DNA of 56,634 nt, the filler included, from Basidiobolus meristosporus CBS 931.73 (taxonomy: Eukaryota; Fungi; Basidiobolomycota): NCBI GenBank assembly GCA_002104905.1. It is 3 parts of 3 records of this genome, joined end to end, with 100 filler letters (N's around TTAATTAATTAA, not from the genome) between each part and the next. Parts side by side here need not be neighbours in the genome. Positions count along the whole stretch, not along the records: positions 39,804 to 56,634 come from MCFE01001109.1; 2 more parts are not named here. The stretch is one strand, 5' to 3'. The position numbers and the translations under genes are program-made. Under the pieces are notes generated by a model. That model saw only the letters and a program-made list of their open reading frames with translations, did no database searches and had not been told where the DNA came from. This document shows, one piece after another, positions 45,947-56,634 of this stretch (position 1 is its first letter; every line of letters starts with the position of its first letter).

Positions 45947-48279
45947 TCAGGGTTTTAGGGAAGTCAACATTTCCAACAGGTTTTCGTGGTTCTGCTGGAC
46001 CTTCTGGATCAGATCGGCCAGCTCCAGGCCGGAGATCTCCTTCCCCTTGAGGGAGTTGATGGGGTGATGGAGGGTGGAGAATCGGGAGAGGTTCTGACGC
46101 TTCTGGTACTCCAGGTAGGTCTCCAGCTTCGTCTCCCCGTTCTCGAGTTCCACGTTCAAGGGGAGGAAACCGCGGGTGATTTGATGGGCCATGACGTCGT
46201 TCGCATCCGATTTCAGCTGCTCGTGGAGTATGGTGTCCAGCGCCTCGAAGGAGGGGCCGACCAGGTGTCGGGATTCGTGCCAGGCTATCAACATCAGGGG
46301 GGCCCACAGTAGCACACTGAGCACCGCGTGGTTCAGCCTCGCGTAGCCCTTCTCAGACATCACGAGCGAGGTGGGGATGATGAAGAGCACCTCGATAAGG
46401 TTCAGCGGGGCAGGGAAGGGGAACTGGTCCGGAGACTTCAGGTAGGAAAACACCTTGAACGTGAATAGGGCTAGGTACTCGCTCTCCGACTGCTCGGTGA
46501 TCCGAGAGTAGGACGAGTTGAAGAGCGCCACCAAGATGTTCAGAAGCAGCACCACGGTGAAAAACAGGTAGAGGCCGAACAGGAACGCCCCGTACACGTT
46601 GTGATACTCTTCGGCCTGGGTGAAATTCGCATCCCTAGAGAAGGGTGGTCATGGTTAGTACGAGCGGTTGGTGGGGACGTATCTCGGAACGGGGATCGCT
46701 TACGCAAGAAACGCCCTGCTCAATAGGCTGAACGTCGACAACAGCCCCAGCTCGTCGTCCTTGTCGTTGCCCCCGCCGAGCGCGTAGAAGCTTTGAAGAA
46801 ACCCGATAAATCCCCAAGGCAGGAGGGAGAAGAACATGAAACTGTCCTTGATCATGGCTTGCAGTATGATGATCATGTTCCCGATGAACTTGAACCCGTC
46901 CAGCAGCGAGACCGTCTTCACCCACAGAAAGATCGCCATGATGGAGAGCAAATCGTAGGCTATGTCGTTGTACGCGTCTTTCTTGTGGGCGTGATGGACG
47001 GTCAGGGCGAGGATCCTAAACGCGAACGAGACGAAAAACACCAGGTACATCCCGATGTTGATCCAATGCCAGATGCTGTAAAGATAGAACACCCCACCCT
47101 CGTAGATCTGCGAAGAGGGAATTGGTTGGTGAGCAGCTGGCCACACAAGGGGTTCCCACACATCCTCTTACCAGTCGAATCTCCTCGAAGATGTATCCCA
47201 TGACGAAAGTGTACATCATCCACTCTAGAGGCTCGGGCCGGGTCGTTCGGTTGTTCACCACGTACGTGTACAATGCCAGGAAGCCCAAAAAGTAGACGAT
47301 TCGAAGGGCATCTTGATACCTAGAAGGTCCGGTTAGTGTCCCACGCAACCCACCCGAAATTGACCGAACGGATTACTTGGGCACTTGAAGTCTCTCGGGG
47401 TTGAAGTACTGCCAAATGGATCCGGATGTGCTTTGCTCGTATGCGACAAAGTAGGTGTTTCCGTTGGAATCTTCGTTCTGTAGGATCCCTCCTTCCCATA
47501 TCGTCTGGAGATGGAATAGGCTTGGTTAGTGTTCCTTCGGGGATGCCAACCGGATGCCCTTACATTGATGCATTTCTGGACTTCATAGTCGCTTAAGAAC
47601 ATGGTGGCATGGATTTCGATGGCGATTTCGATGACTATGTGAGCGTAGCATCTTCAGTCACAAGGGTTGTGCCAGCAACAAGAGAAACACTTACCACAGC
47701 TAGCACTGGAAACCTCCTCTCCTTCCGCATGGTATTTTTGAAGGAGAACATTGAAATTCAAGGTGAGTCGGTTTTGGAAGGAATGCAACCTATATTCATG
47801 GGGAGTCATGTTTGAACAAAAGGGGCGATTTTGTCCGATCGAAACCACGTCTAAACCACTTACAAATTCTTCGCCAACACCTGGGCGGCCAGAGCTCTCT
47901 GTTGCATCAGAGAAGTCCAGGAGGCGTCTTTTTCCGCCTCGTGCTGGTATGCAGCAACACAGCGGAGAGCGCAGTAGATAACGTGGTAAGGTTCGACTAC
48001 TTCTCCGTTCTGGCCGCCAGCTAGACGGGCCAGCTGGAGGGCATATTGGACGGTGTCTTTGGTGATGATGGTGGAGTCACATCGGGTGATATCCTCCGGT
48101 TCGACCAGAGACGGTAGAACGCAGTTGATGAGGGAGAACAGGCCGGTGATGGTTTTACGAACTCTCTTGGCCTGACCTTGCGCGTCGTTCTCCGACAGGA
48201 ACGCTGTGGTGGACTTTGCTGGCAAAAGGGGCTGTTGCTCGTCCGTCACCGAACCGGTACGGCTGTGAACATTAGACAT
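45947..48279 (-). CDS. YVC1: Fungal TRP cation channel, Yvc1/TRPY1-like, multi-exon
   Basis: Exon translations: YCALRC...RALAAQVLA; IEIAIEIHATMFLS...VQKCIN; IWEGRI; RLQVPKYQ; IYEGGVFYLYSIWHWIN; FLWVK...IGNMIIILQAM; LLNILVALFNSSYSRI...FPAPLNLIE. GT-AG introns were seen between them; not all boundaries were fixed. Confidence 0.88.
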
Positions 48280-48643
48280 GTTGCTTGATTTCTTCCTCCC
48301 TTGTCTTTGCTGGAAGTGGTGGAAAATGGAAGACCGCTTAAAAGTGCAGTTGACTACAAGCTTGGTTTGGGTTCAGGCCCATAACATCCTAATCGTCCTA
48401 GTCATCCAAACTTCACCCTCGACCTTGATTTCTCACCCTGCTTCACCCCACCCAGGTCTCAAAGTACGAATGTCATGGAACCTGTTTGGATGGAGTGTTG
48501 GTCGAACATGTGTTACCTCAGTTAATTTCTGGCTTACATCACGGGCACATCACGGGCGGATATCGCGAATCAGAAGAAATCCAAATTTATTCACAAATCA
48601 ACACTATATTACAAGGAGGTAGTTGAGGCGGTGATGGCGAGCA

Positions 48644-49782
48644 CTAGGCCCAGATCCCGATCACTGCCATCACCGCCGCACCGCACCACAGCGCCAGGAA
48701 GCAAGCGCCCTTGAGTGTCACCGAGGATCGCATGAATACCGGGTTGTTGTGATAGTCGGTGCTCATCAGCTCCACAAACGCCATGTAGAAGAGGATCCCG
48801 GCCGACACCGAGTCGAACACTCCGTTCACCAGCAAGGCGGTGGCACCGTGTGGGTTGTAGGTGCTGTGAATCCCAACCCCGATGGCCACTCCGGTGGGAG
48901 TGATAAGGGTGTACAACAGGGAGGACGCATACGCGAACGCACGGCTCTTTATATTCAAGTCCTCCACGCGAGCACCCAGGGCGAGCCCTTCGAAGAATTG
49001 ATGGAACACGACGGCGATGAGGAGGGAGGAGAACTCGCTTCCCGAAGCCACTCCCACTGCGACCCCGATCAGCACCGAATGAAGGGCTATTCCAAACTCC
49101 AACAGGCAGGTGGAGATCGTACGATCGATCGTTTCTCCCTCCAGCAACCCACCGTGGTGGTGATGACAACCGGACATCTCGGGGGACTTGTTCTTCTCCA
49201 GATCGGCCGAAGACTCGTCCGAGAAGTGAAACTCGGCTGAATCAGCGCCCCTCCTGGCTTGATACTTCTCGTAAATCACGCTTGCACCGTACTCGATCAT
49301 CAGCAATGCCAGCGCAGACAGCATGGCAAACAATCCAGCCCACGCCTCGTAAACCTCACCGAACTCGCCGATACATGGGTTCGAGAGACTCTCCATAGCC
49401 CCAGGGAACATATGGATGAACCCGGTGGCCAGGATGACTCCGGTGCCGAAATGTTTACCCACGGCGATGATATCCTTGCCAAGCTTGAAGTTTGGAAACG
49501 ATCTGATCAGCATCGAGAAGAACGAGCCCAAAGCGCTCGTGCCCATGATGATGAAAATTGCGCCGATGTGCAGGCCTTGCTTGTAGTCGGTAAGAGGCCC
49601 GCTCAAACAGGAGTCCTCCTCTGCGTCGAGCTCTACACAAGAGATTCAGGTAAGTTCGAGTCGGAGGGAAATAGTTGTCACTGGTGCATACCTTGCTTCA
49701 GCAAACGCTCGGCTCTAACGGATGGGATGGTGCACCCCAGGAAGACAATAACAACAAGAGACGATAGAAAAAAATCACGCAT
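48644..49782 (-). CDS. ZIP-family zinc/iron transporter (Zrt1/Zrt2-like), 2 exons (49782-49692, 49632-48644), 359 aa
   Basis: KHFGTGVILATGFIHM, His-rich loop CHHHH, LEFGIALHSVLIG and HQFFEGLALG. A 59-nt GT-AG intron joins a signal-peptide-like exon MRDFFLSSLVVIVFLGCTIPSVRA in frame. Confidence 0.95.
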
Positions 49783-50481
49783 CGTTTCCGCAAGGTGGAT
49801 ATCAGCAGGGCGAGGGTCTCTTTATATCGGAGCTGATTTGATGGACTTCCATATTAGGCGGTGACCACTCCTCTTGATTGGAAGCCAACCTGATTGCTCA
49901 CTTGGGACGCATGTCATGAGTGGAAAGGACCAAAATGACAGGCGTTCATGGCATTGCACGGCTGGCTTTACATGGTCATCCACACATTGACTCTGGCACT
50001 TGTGCGAATCAGGATCTAGAGCTCAGGGTACCCCATCGGTCATGACCGGCCAATCGCCTACAAGATGGAAACAATCCCCATGTGCCATTTTAAGCCAACA
50101 TTGGCTTGGATTGTAATGGGATTTTTCGCGTGCTCGCCATTTCAGGCGGTCCAGAGAAAATTCCGCACTCGAATGGAAGAATGAATGCTTAGTTAGGATT
50201 GAGTTAATCCCTATTAGCGACCCAATGGTACGAGGCCGAGACCGGGTTCATCTTGGGAATGGTACCTTATCGGCCCCATCCACCACCACCACATCCTTGT
50301 TCTCTATATGCGCACTCGATCTCTTAACCCAAGCGACTATAGCCAATCGCAATTTACCCTGCATCCCGACGATTATACTGGCGGGCAATCCGTAGAATGT
50401 CGGCAGCCTTGGCCATTGTGTGCATTGACTCACTGTAGCGAGATGAATTCTCCGTAATGGAGCCAACCTTGTACCGCGCTC

Positions 50482-50489
50482 TATAAATA
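50482..50489 (+). promoter_or_regulatory. TATA box
   Basis: TATAAATA 55 nt upstream of ATG 50537. Confidence 0.6.
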
Positions 50490-50536
50490 CCCCAATCCAC
50501 TCATCATGCAGAGCATCAACCCCAAGTTCTATCAAC

Positions 50537-51076
50537 ATGCGCTTCATTTCTCCTGCCATCCTTCTTTCCCTGGTCGCTGTAGCCTGGGTGGCTGCTCTTC
50601 CAACACCACAGGCACCCGATTACGACGACGAAGTGGTATACCGGCCAGGCAAAACGATCCCTTCCGAGCCATATCAGAACCTGAAGGGGTATGTTCCACC
50701 CTATGCACCAGTGAATGAACCGTCGGAAACTGAGCACACCTCAGGAGATGCAGGCATTTCTCCAAATCCGGTGCCGACCTCCGGCCAAAGTTCTGGCAGG
50801 TGCTCAGACATTAAGGCGAATCTGATTGCCGAAGGACTGCGCGCTAAAGCCATTGTTTGTATTGAAGAACTCCTGGTGATTTATCCATTCAAGGCCATCG
50901 ATGAGACCAAGCAACAGGGACCTTTCCCTGGCTTACTATCCACCCTTGGTGGTGCTGGCTCCAATAATGTGCAAGCCCATATGACCTGTGGGGCCATCCG
51001 AACTCGTCTCGAGGCCCTGGGAATCCAGTTGGAAGCGGAGATTTGTCTATCTGGATTGATCCAGATCAGGCTCTGA
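50537..51076 (+). CDS. Secreted protein, 179 aa, unknown function, two C-X18-C repeats
   Basis: Signal-peptide-like MRFISPAILLSLVAVAWVAA, Pro-rich linker, upstream TATA box. Confidence 0.8.
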   Translation: MRFISPAILLSLVAVAWVAALPTPQAPDYDDEVVYRPGKTIPSEPYQNLKGYVPPYAPVNEPSETEHTSGDAGISPNPVPTSGQSSGRCSDIKANLIAEGLRAKAIVCIEELLVIYPFKAIDETKQQGPFPGLLSTLGGAGSNNVQAHMTCGAIRTRLEALGIQLEAEICLSGLIQIRL

Positions 51077-51605
51077 CGTGACTATTCCGGATCCACCGCT
51101 GACTCAGATTAATCGTTGATCGATTGATATACCCCTGAATTCTTTATCTATGCTTCACTATTTGAGTATGTATACCGGAACCTCATCCCAGATCAATCAA
51201 CTCACGATGGTCTAATAAAATCGCTTGTTTGAGCCATTGAGCATAAAATCCAAACAACCAAGATGCGTAACATCGCTAATCCTTGTGGAAAAAAGTCTAC
51301 TGGCTGACTAACCAAGCGCATCATCATTAGATGTCTTTTCGATAGACTTCTAGTATTTGTTGATACACTGGATTGTATTTGAAGCAGCTTTTTGGCACCT
51401 AGCTACTCGTATTTCTTAGCTATGTCATTAATGACCATTTACTAGGAAGTTATCTAGCCAGAGATTTGCTAATGCTGACATCAGATCTTTCAAAGTTACC
51501 CAAAAGACCACTGATATAGCACAAGGCTTTCAGGGGCTGTTCCCAAAACGTCACCATCAATATTCTTACAGACACACTCAATGTCAATTCAAAATGGTAA
51601 AATGG

Positions 51606-51778
51606 GTTGTAAGAGTTTTGGAGATATTAGAAGTGATTGGGAGGACAAGTAGATTAAGTAGTTCTCACTCAATGATTTACTGGATGTAAAACTAGTATTT
51701 ATACTTTGACATGGTCATGGCAAAACAAACACGTAGAATATGTTTAGGAAGGTCCCAAGAACACGTGTGCAAAGCTCT
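51606..51778 (-). mobile_element. Copia LTR fragment
   Basis: gttgtaagagttttggagatattagaagtgattggg matches the LTR 3' end in reverse. Confidence 0.8.
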
Positions 51779-53317
51779 GGTAGGGAAACTTGGTATATAT
51801 ATACAGAGCTCCATTTCAGCCCAGCACCATAGGTGAATAGCATTCAATTCGTGGAGTTCCCCAAACCACTTCCAGTATTCTGTAAAGCCATGCTAAAAAT
51901 AGTGGAAACTGGTGCAAATAGCGACCAAATAATGCGTGCTTCCCGTGTCCTTTTAACCGGCCAGAGAGCCATCCTTAGTAAGCTTTCCACCAGTTTACAG
52001 GAAAGGGGGGAGGTTCAAGATGACATTTCACCCTACTTACAACCACGAGTATTTATTTGTCAATTACTGTGGATAATGCACGTAGCTAGACTTCACAATT
52101 GAAAATGAAGGGCGTTTTATATTTTGCTTAGTTCCTGACAGAAATTTCGCCAAAATCCAAGGCCGGTTCAACAAGCCAGAGTTAGGGGTCATATTAGAGT
52201 CCAATACCGCATGAAATTCATTGACACAGGTATGGAAAAGCCAAGCCTGGCCCGCAAGTTATGAGAAGATTCGTGTTCATGACTCATGACTCATACTCGT
52301 GGATGGGATGGAGGTCTCCAGATGAGGAAGGTAGGAGGAGTACCAGCAAAAAAATCCAAGTCAGACAATTTTACTAGCTCCAATAATGTCTCGAAGCCAA
52401 AGTGGACCAATCAGGGAGCTGACTGAAAGCATTTCTTGGGCCGCTCTTGGGTGAAGAGTTGCCAACCAAAGCTAACGCGACTGCTCAAGGTCGATCCATT
52501 GGACAGCACCATCCGGAATACACCATAGTCTCTATCGAGGCAATGGGGCTACAGTGGGAACGAATGATGCTCCAAAGTGAACCCGTCAATTGGCCAATCG
52601 ACGGTGCCTTGTGGTACGGCAAGTAGTGGAGAGGATGGGTCTCTTCTTCCTTGTCGGTTGGTTACTTTACCCATTTAGCAGCAAATCAGCGATCTTATTT
52701 GGCGTTGGAGAACGTTAGAATCGAGCCAAATATGGATGAAAATAGCATTCAGAAAACGCATCTGGCACAATGACGCATAATACTGCTGGCCCATGCAACA
52801 AACCTGGCTGCCAACAGTCTCATGAACGCCGGTTGTTATATATGGCCATCATGCAAGTCGCGTGCACCCGGGAATCTCCACCAATGCCACGCAGGGTCTC
52901 GACGAGGTCCACATCTGTAATTCAAGATCGCAATGGACGGTGCCATCGAGCCATACATCGAGGATTCGATGTGACTCATGCACGCGATCCTTCCAACGAT
53001 CGTTGTGAATCAAAAAGAGGAAATCTTTCACGCCACCGAAAACAACATTCTAAACGGAATGCTCTGGTATTAGGCCATGCAGCGGTAATCCTTCGACTGG
53101 GAATAGTTACCCATATTCAGAGACAAGTGGCCAATGGTTGACATATTAACAACAACAGGCGCTTTTGGATGACGCTGATACGACTCATGTAGATCTTGCC
53201 TAAAGTCATTGGCACATCGAGATGCCAGATGACCAGAACCGCGCTGGGTCGGTGCTATTACGAAGTGAGCACTCGTCCCGGGATATGGTATAGGTCAGTC
53301 TTTGCTCTCCACACAGA

Positions 53318-53325
53318 TATAAATA
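53318..53325 (+). promoter_or_regulatory. TATA box
   Basis: TATAAATA 61 nt upstream of ATG 53379. Confidence 0.6.
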
Positions 53326-53378
53326 CCTGCCATCGAGCTTCAACGAGGTCTATCAAGTGCAAGCTTCTTGCAAACGAG

Positions 53379-54062
53379 ATGAAGTTTCCATCTATTGTCG
53401 CCGCATTGACCGCCCTGGTACCCTTGAGTACTCACGCGGTCTCCATATATAATTCGCCCTTTCTTGGGGACCTTCCCCTTCCGTTCATGAGTTTCGAGAG
53501 TAATATCGAGGTCTCTGTCGGCCATGACCCAGTGAACACTTACTGGTGTACCAATGGGTTCAACCGTGGCTACATGGGTATTCAAGTTAACTCACCAACC
53601 GAGCGTCGTGTATTGTTCTCCCTATGGAACAAGGATGCCGAGAATCTGGCCACCATTGTTGAGGTCGGAAAGAATGTGCAAACAAGTAAGTTTGGCCACG
53701 AGGGCACCGGAAGCCATGCTTGGCTGGTGCATGACTGGAAGGCTGGAGAGACGCAACGCCTCAAGGTAACCGCCGAATTCAAGGGAAATGACACCATTTA
53801 TGGTGGGTACTACTGGCTTGACAACGAGTGGTACTTGATCGCCAAGATCCTGGGCCCCAATTACGGCAATGAAGGATTAGGCTATTTCTACCAGTTCTTG
53901 GAGAACTTTGGAAAAGACACTAGTCAAACCCGTAGAGCGGTTTACAGCGGACAATGTTACCGCTTGTTGGACAATGACTTCTGTTTCCCAGCCCTCGGAA
54001 CCACCATTACTCACACATGGCCCATTGACACCAGCTACGGGCAGGACTTAATCCAAAAATGA
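53379..54062 (+). CDS. Secreted DUF3472/DUF5077-like protein (227 aa; may extend to 54175)
   Basis: Signal peptide MKFPSIVAALTALVPLSTHA; motifs GYMGIQVNSPTERRVLFSLW, FGHEGTG, WKAG and FLENF recalled from DUF3472 proteins; intronless. Confidence 0.75.
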   Translation: MKFPSIVAALTALVPLSTHAVSIYNSPFLGDLPLPFMSFESNIEVSVGHDPVNTYWCTNGFNRGYMGIQVNSPTERRVLFSLWNKDAENLATIVEVGKNVQTSKFGHEGTGSHAWLVHDWKAGETQRLKVTAEFKGNDTIYGGYYWLDNEWYLIAKILGPNYGNEGLGYFYQFLENFGKDTSQTRRAVYSGQCYRLLDNDFCFPALGTTITHTWPIDTSYGQDLIQK

Positions 54063-55020
54063 ACGGGGTCTACATGGCCATTGATGGAGAAGGAGATGGA
54101 CCCGACTACAATCGTCCACCAGCATACACCAAGTTGCAATACGACAACTGGAATCTCATCTGGCAGCCAAACTAGATCTATGACATGAGTAGAAGCCGAG
54201 CTGAAGTTTTGTAGAATAAAAAGAAGTACTTTAACGTTTACTGAAATCACTCCTATCGATGAAGTCAATGGTTGGTAGTTTAGCAACACATGAATGAGGG
54301 CTTAGGCAACCACCGACATCTGGAACAACTTCTTGGCATAGAAGTGGGTCGAGAGATACAGCTTCTGCTCAGCTCTAGTGAGCTGAATGCTAATTAATGG
54401 AGTAACTATTGAACCGATTTCAGGTATGAAAGTTTGCCTTTAGCGAAACATAATGCGTTTTGTATATGGGCCGGGGGATGCTCATACTACCCCATGTAAC
54501 GCTGTGTGACTACCAACCAACCATGGCTCATTCTTGCATGGCTAAAAATGGCCCGCTACCAAGGTTAGGCTTAGGCTGGTTAGACCCAATCCAATCATTC
54601 TCATTTCCCAAATTCTGAGGAATTGACCCACCTCAAGCGCCGGTACCGACGGGTAACCAACCTCAACTTGATTTGCGTCTATTTAACCACTTTAGCTTAT
54701 CAGTTGGACCCACACGGATCGCTGATTGTGGGCTCAGGTCAGACGAAAGTGAAAAAAATCCTTAAAATGGAAGCAGAGTTGGTATATCACATCACCCTTG
54801 TCCAACCAATTTCAATTCCGAGATTCTTCGTCTCATGGATCCTGGTTATACTACTGAATAGCAACCTTCAATCACTCAGGGCAAAATTGTAAATCGTCAA
54901 TGCAATTGGGCTTCAGGTTCAAGCTTCTTTCGATCGGGAAGCAATCCAAATCCGTTGTCGCCTCAATAACCGCTTTTCTGTCTTGAGCACTCGTGCGGTT
55001 TCCGAGTTGGATTATCACCT

Positions 55021-55103
55021 CTCACAGACATTCCTATTCCTCACAGACATTCCTAATTCTCCTCACAGACATTCCTAATTCTCCTCACAGACATTCCTAA
55101 TTC
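55021..55103. repeat. Minisatellite, ~4 x 22 bp CTCACAGACATTCCTAATTCTC
   Basis: Directly visible; the first unit is 3 nt shorter. Confidence 0.95.
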
Positions 55104-55598
55104 ACTTCAAGGTCACTCTCAACTCTGAGCCATGATATGGTATCATTTCGGGAAATTCAGCCATGTGCCTTACGTGTGCAACCAATAAAGCAATTTCCAT
55201 TGATTTGCGATTCCGGGATTATGCAGCACGTGACTCATGCTCGTCCCAACCAAATATGGGTTGAGGAGTGTGTTGACTGATGCTGGCAGATCTTGGCCGG
55301 AAGTGGTGAGCATTGCTGACTTGGATGGAATGCTTCGTGAAAGGACAATTAGCGCCATAATCATTGCCAAGACAGTATTCTAGATACACCGTTCATCAAG
55401 TATAAACTAATTCGTCGACAATTGATCACGTTTTCTTGGCTATAAGGCTAGATCTCTTTTATTACCAACTCGCTATTCTGCCGGTCTCTAGTAACAGTGG
55501 AGCCTTCAGCAATTTCTTGGTTTAATCTGGAGACATGAAACTCAGAAAACTAAGGCATTATGAATACAGATCACCTTGTCGCCGCAGCTTAATAACGC

Positions 55599-55606
55599 TA
55601 TAAATA
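55599..55606 (+). promoter_or_regulatory. TATA box
   Basis: TATAAATA 53 nt upstream of ATG 55652. Confidence 0.6.
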
Positions 55607-55651
55607 TAGACTATTGCTCACCTCAGTTCCACTATCTAAACTCGCAACGCA

Positions 55652-56016
55652 ATGAAGTATCTCGCCGCCAAATCTCTCGCTGGTCTTGCCATCGTCTTAG
55701 CCGTCTCCGCCTCTGAGTACTTCCCCTTCAAGTATCCCACTCCGTGCATCACCGAGTGCTCCGTAAAGGCTGGTCAGGAGCTCATGGCCCACTACACCCA
55801 GGACTTCTAGCAGCCCATACTTCATGGAGTCTCTCGGATTGCTTTGTGACTCGGAGAACCCGACCAGGTCTCGTTTCATGGTGAAAGAAGTGCCGAGTGT
55901 ATCTTTGGTCAGTGCAAATGGCTTTTCCAGACATCTCAAAGTTGACGGCCCTTGAGGGGCAGATTTTTGTCAATGGTATGCCGAACATCAAGAGCGTTGA
56001 GGCTACCCACACCTAA
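55652..56016 (+). pseudogene. Small secreted Cys-containing protein gene broken by single-base indels (missed by the ORF track)
   Basis: MKYLAAKSLAGLAIVLAVSASEYFPFKYPTPCITECSVKAGQELMAHYTQD is followed by TAG at 55808. Other frames continue SSPYFMESLGLLCD, AECIFGQC and end at TAA 56014-56016. Confidence 0.65.
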
Positions 56017-56634
56017 TTCAATGAAATAAATGCAGAAAAAGTGAACTATTGTTAATATCCGTGGTCATTTGTTGCTGCCCCACAGTTAGTGTAATATTCT
56101 ACCTGCTTATCTGACTGAATACTCGTTCCACGTTTTATCAATGTTTGGGTGATCTTCCAGAAAAGAAGCAGACCTTCGACTTTGCACTCCTTGAAGTTAA
56201 AGAGCTTTAGGACCATCTAAATTAATTCAAACCTGCAAATACCTGGGCGACAAGCGCGGCATGTGTCATTGAAAAAAGTTGGGTCAGCTTTGGAAAAATT
56301 GGGGTAATGATTCGATTTTATCAATAAATGTCAGGATGCCAATGCAAGTGGACATCCTGGAATGTTTTGTACATATGAAGTAGCCACTGTTCTACGAAAT
56401 AGCATTAGTGATGAAGATCGCCATTTTCCAGACTATGGCTAGTTAACAAGCAACTATGCAAATCGCCTTGAAGGGACCGGCAGCACTTAACCCATTCGTG
56501 AACACTAGCCATACCGAGTCTCCAAGTCGATCAAAATTTGTATTCACTGACCATTTCATTTCAAATACATATAGTAGGCGAGCCATGAGTCAGAGTGCTC
56601 AGAAGAACTTGTGGCTTGGATAATAGGACCACTG

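Noticed and set aside
49790-50480. Zap1-type zinc-responsive element upstream of the ZIP gene
   Set aside because: No ACCTTNAAGGT-like match found by eye.
53196-53378. 61-aa N-terminal extension of the DUF3472-like ORF
   Set aside because: Starts at a non-ATG codon and contains the TATA box; the signal peptide begins at ATG 53379.
55021-55103. 22-bp tandem repeat as a regulatory or CRISPR-like array
   Set aside because: Adjacent units without spacers; an ordinary minisatellite. The CCTAA inside it is too short to call telomeric.

Overview
Eukaryotic, most likely an early-diverging fungus (short GT-AG introns, TTAGGG telomere, fungal gene families; Zoopagomycota/Entomophthoromycotina is only a guess). 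The window is three unrelated contigs joined by artificial 100-nt N44-TTAATTAATTAA-N44 linkers (17733-17832, 39704-39803), so nothing should be inferred across the joins. Contig 1 (1-17732) is a chromosome end. It holds an MFS sugar transporter and an RTA1-like gene, then an ~11 kb head-to-tail array of telomere-associated retroelements ending in (TTAGGG)25. The array has two near-identical copies of an APE-endonuclease/RT LINE (one full length, one 5'-truncated) plus a stub, and 4 full, 1 truncated and 1 relic copy of a ~527 bp non-coding element with a tRNA-like Pol III head (a SINE). All are on the minus strand with the 5' end toward the telomere. All start at TTAG(G)4-7 or a degenerate version of it and share one 3' signature (AATAAA, TCACC-loop-GGTGA hairpin, C-run). 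LINE ORF2 has no usable ATG and follows ORF1 in frame after a single TGA-CTA, a known readthrough context. The inner array looks like a record of successive former chromosome ends. This LINE/SINE/telomere system is the best candidate for an undescribed system. Contig 2 (17833-39703) is nested decayed Ty1/copia, Ty3/gypsy (including a chromovirus) and PIF/Harbinger elements. Contig 3 (39804-56634) is TE debris followed by a Yvc1-like TRP channel, a ZIP zinc transporter, a DUF3472-like secreted protein and two other secreted-protein genes. Repeats are strongly CpG-depleted and host genes are not. All alignments and counts were done by eye; no searches were run.
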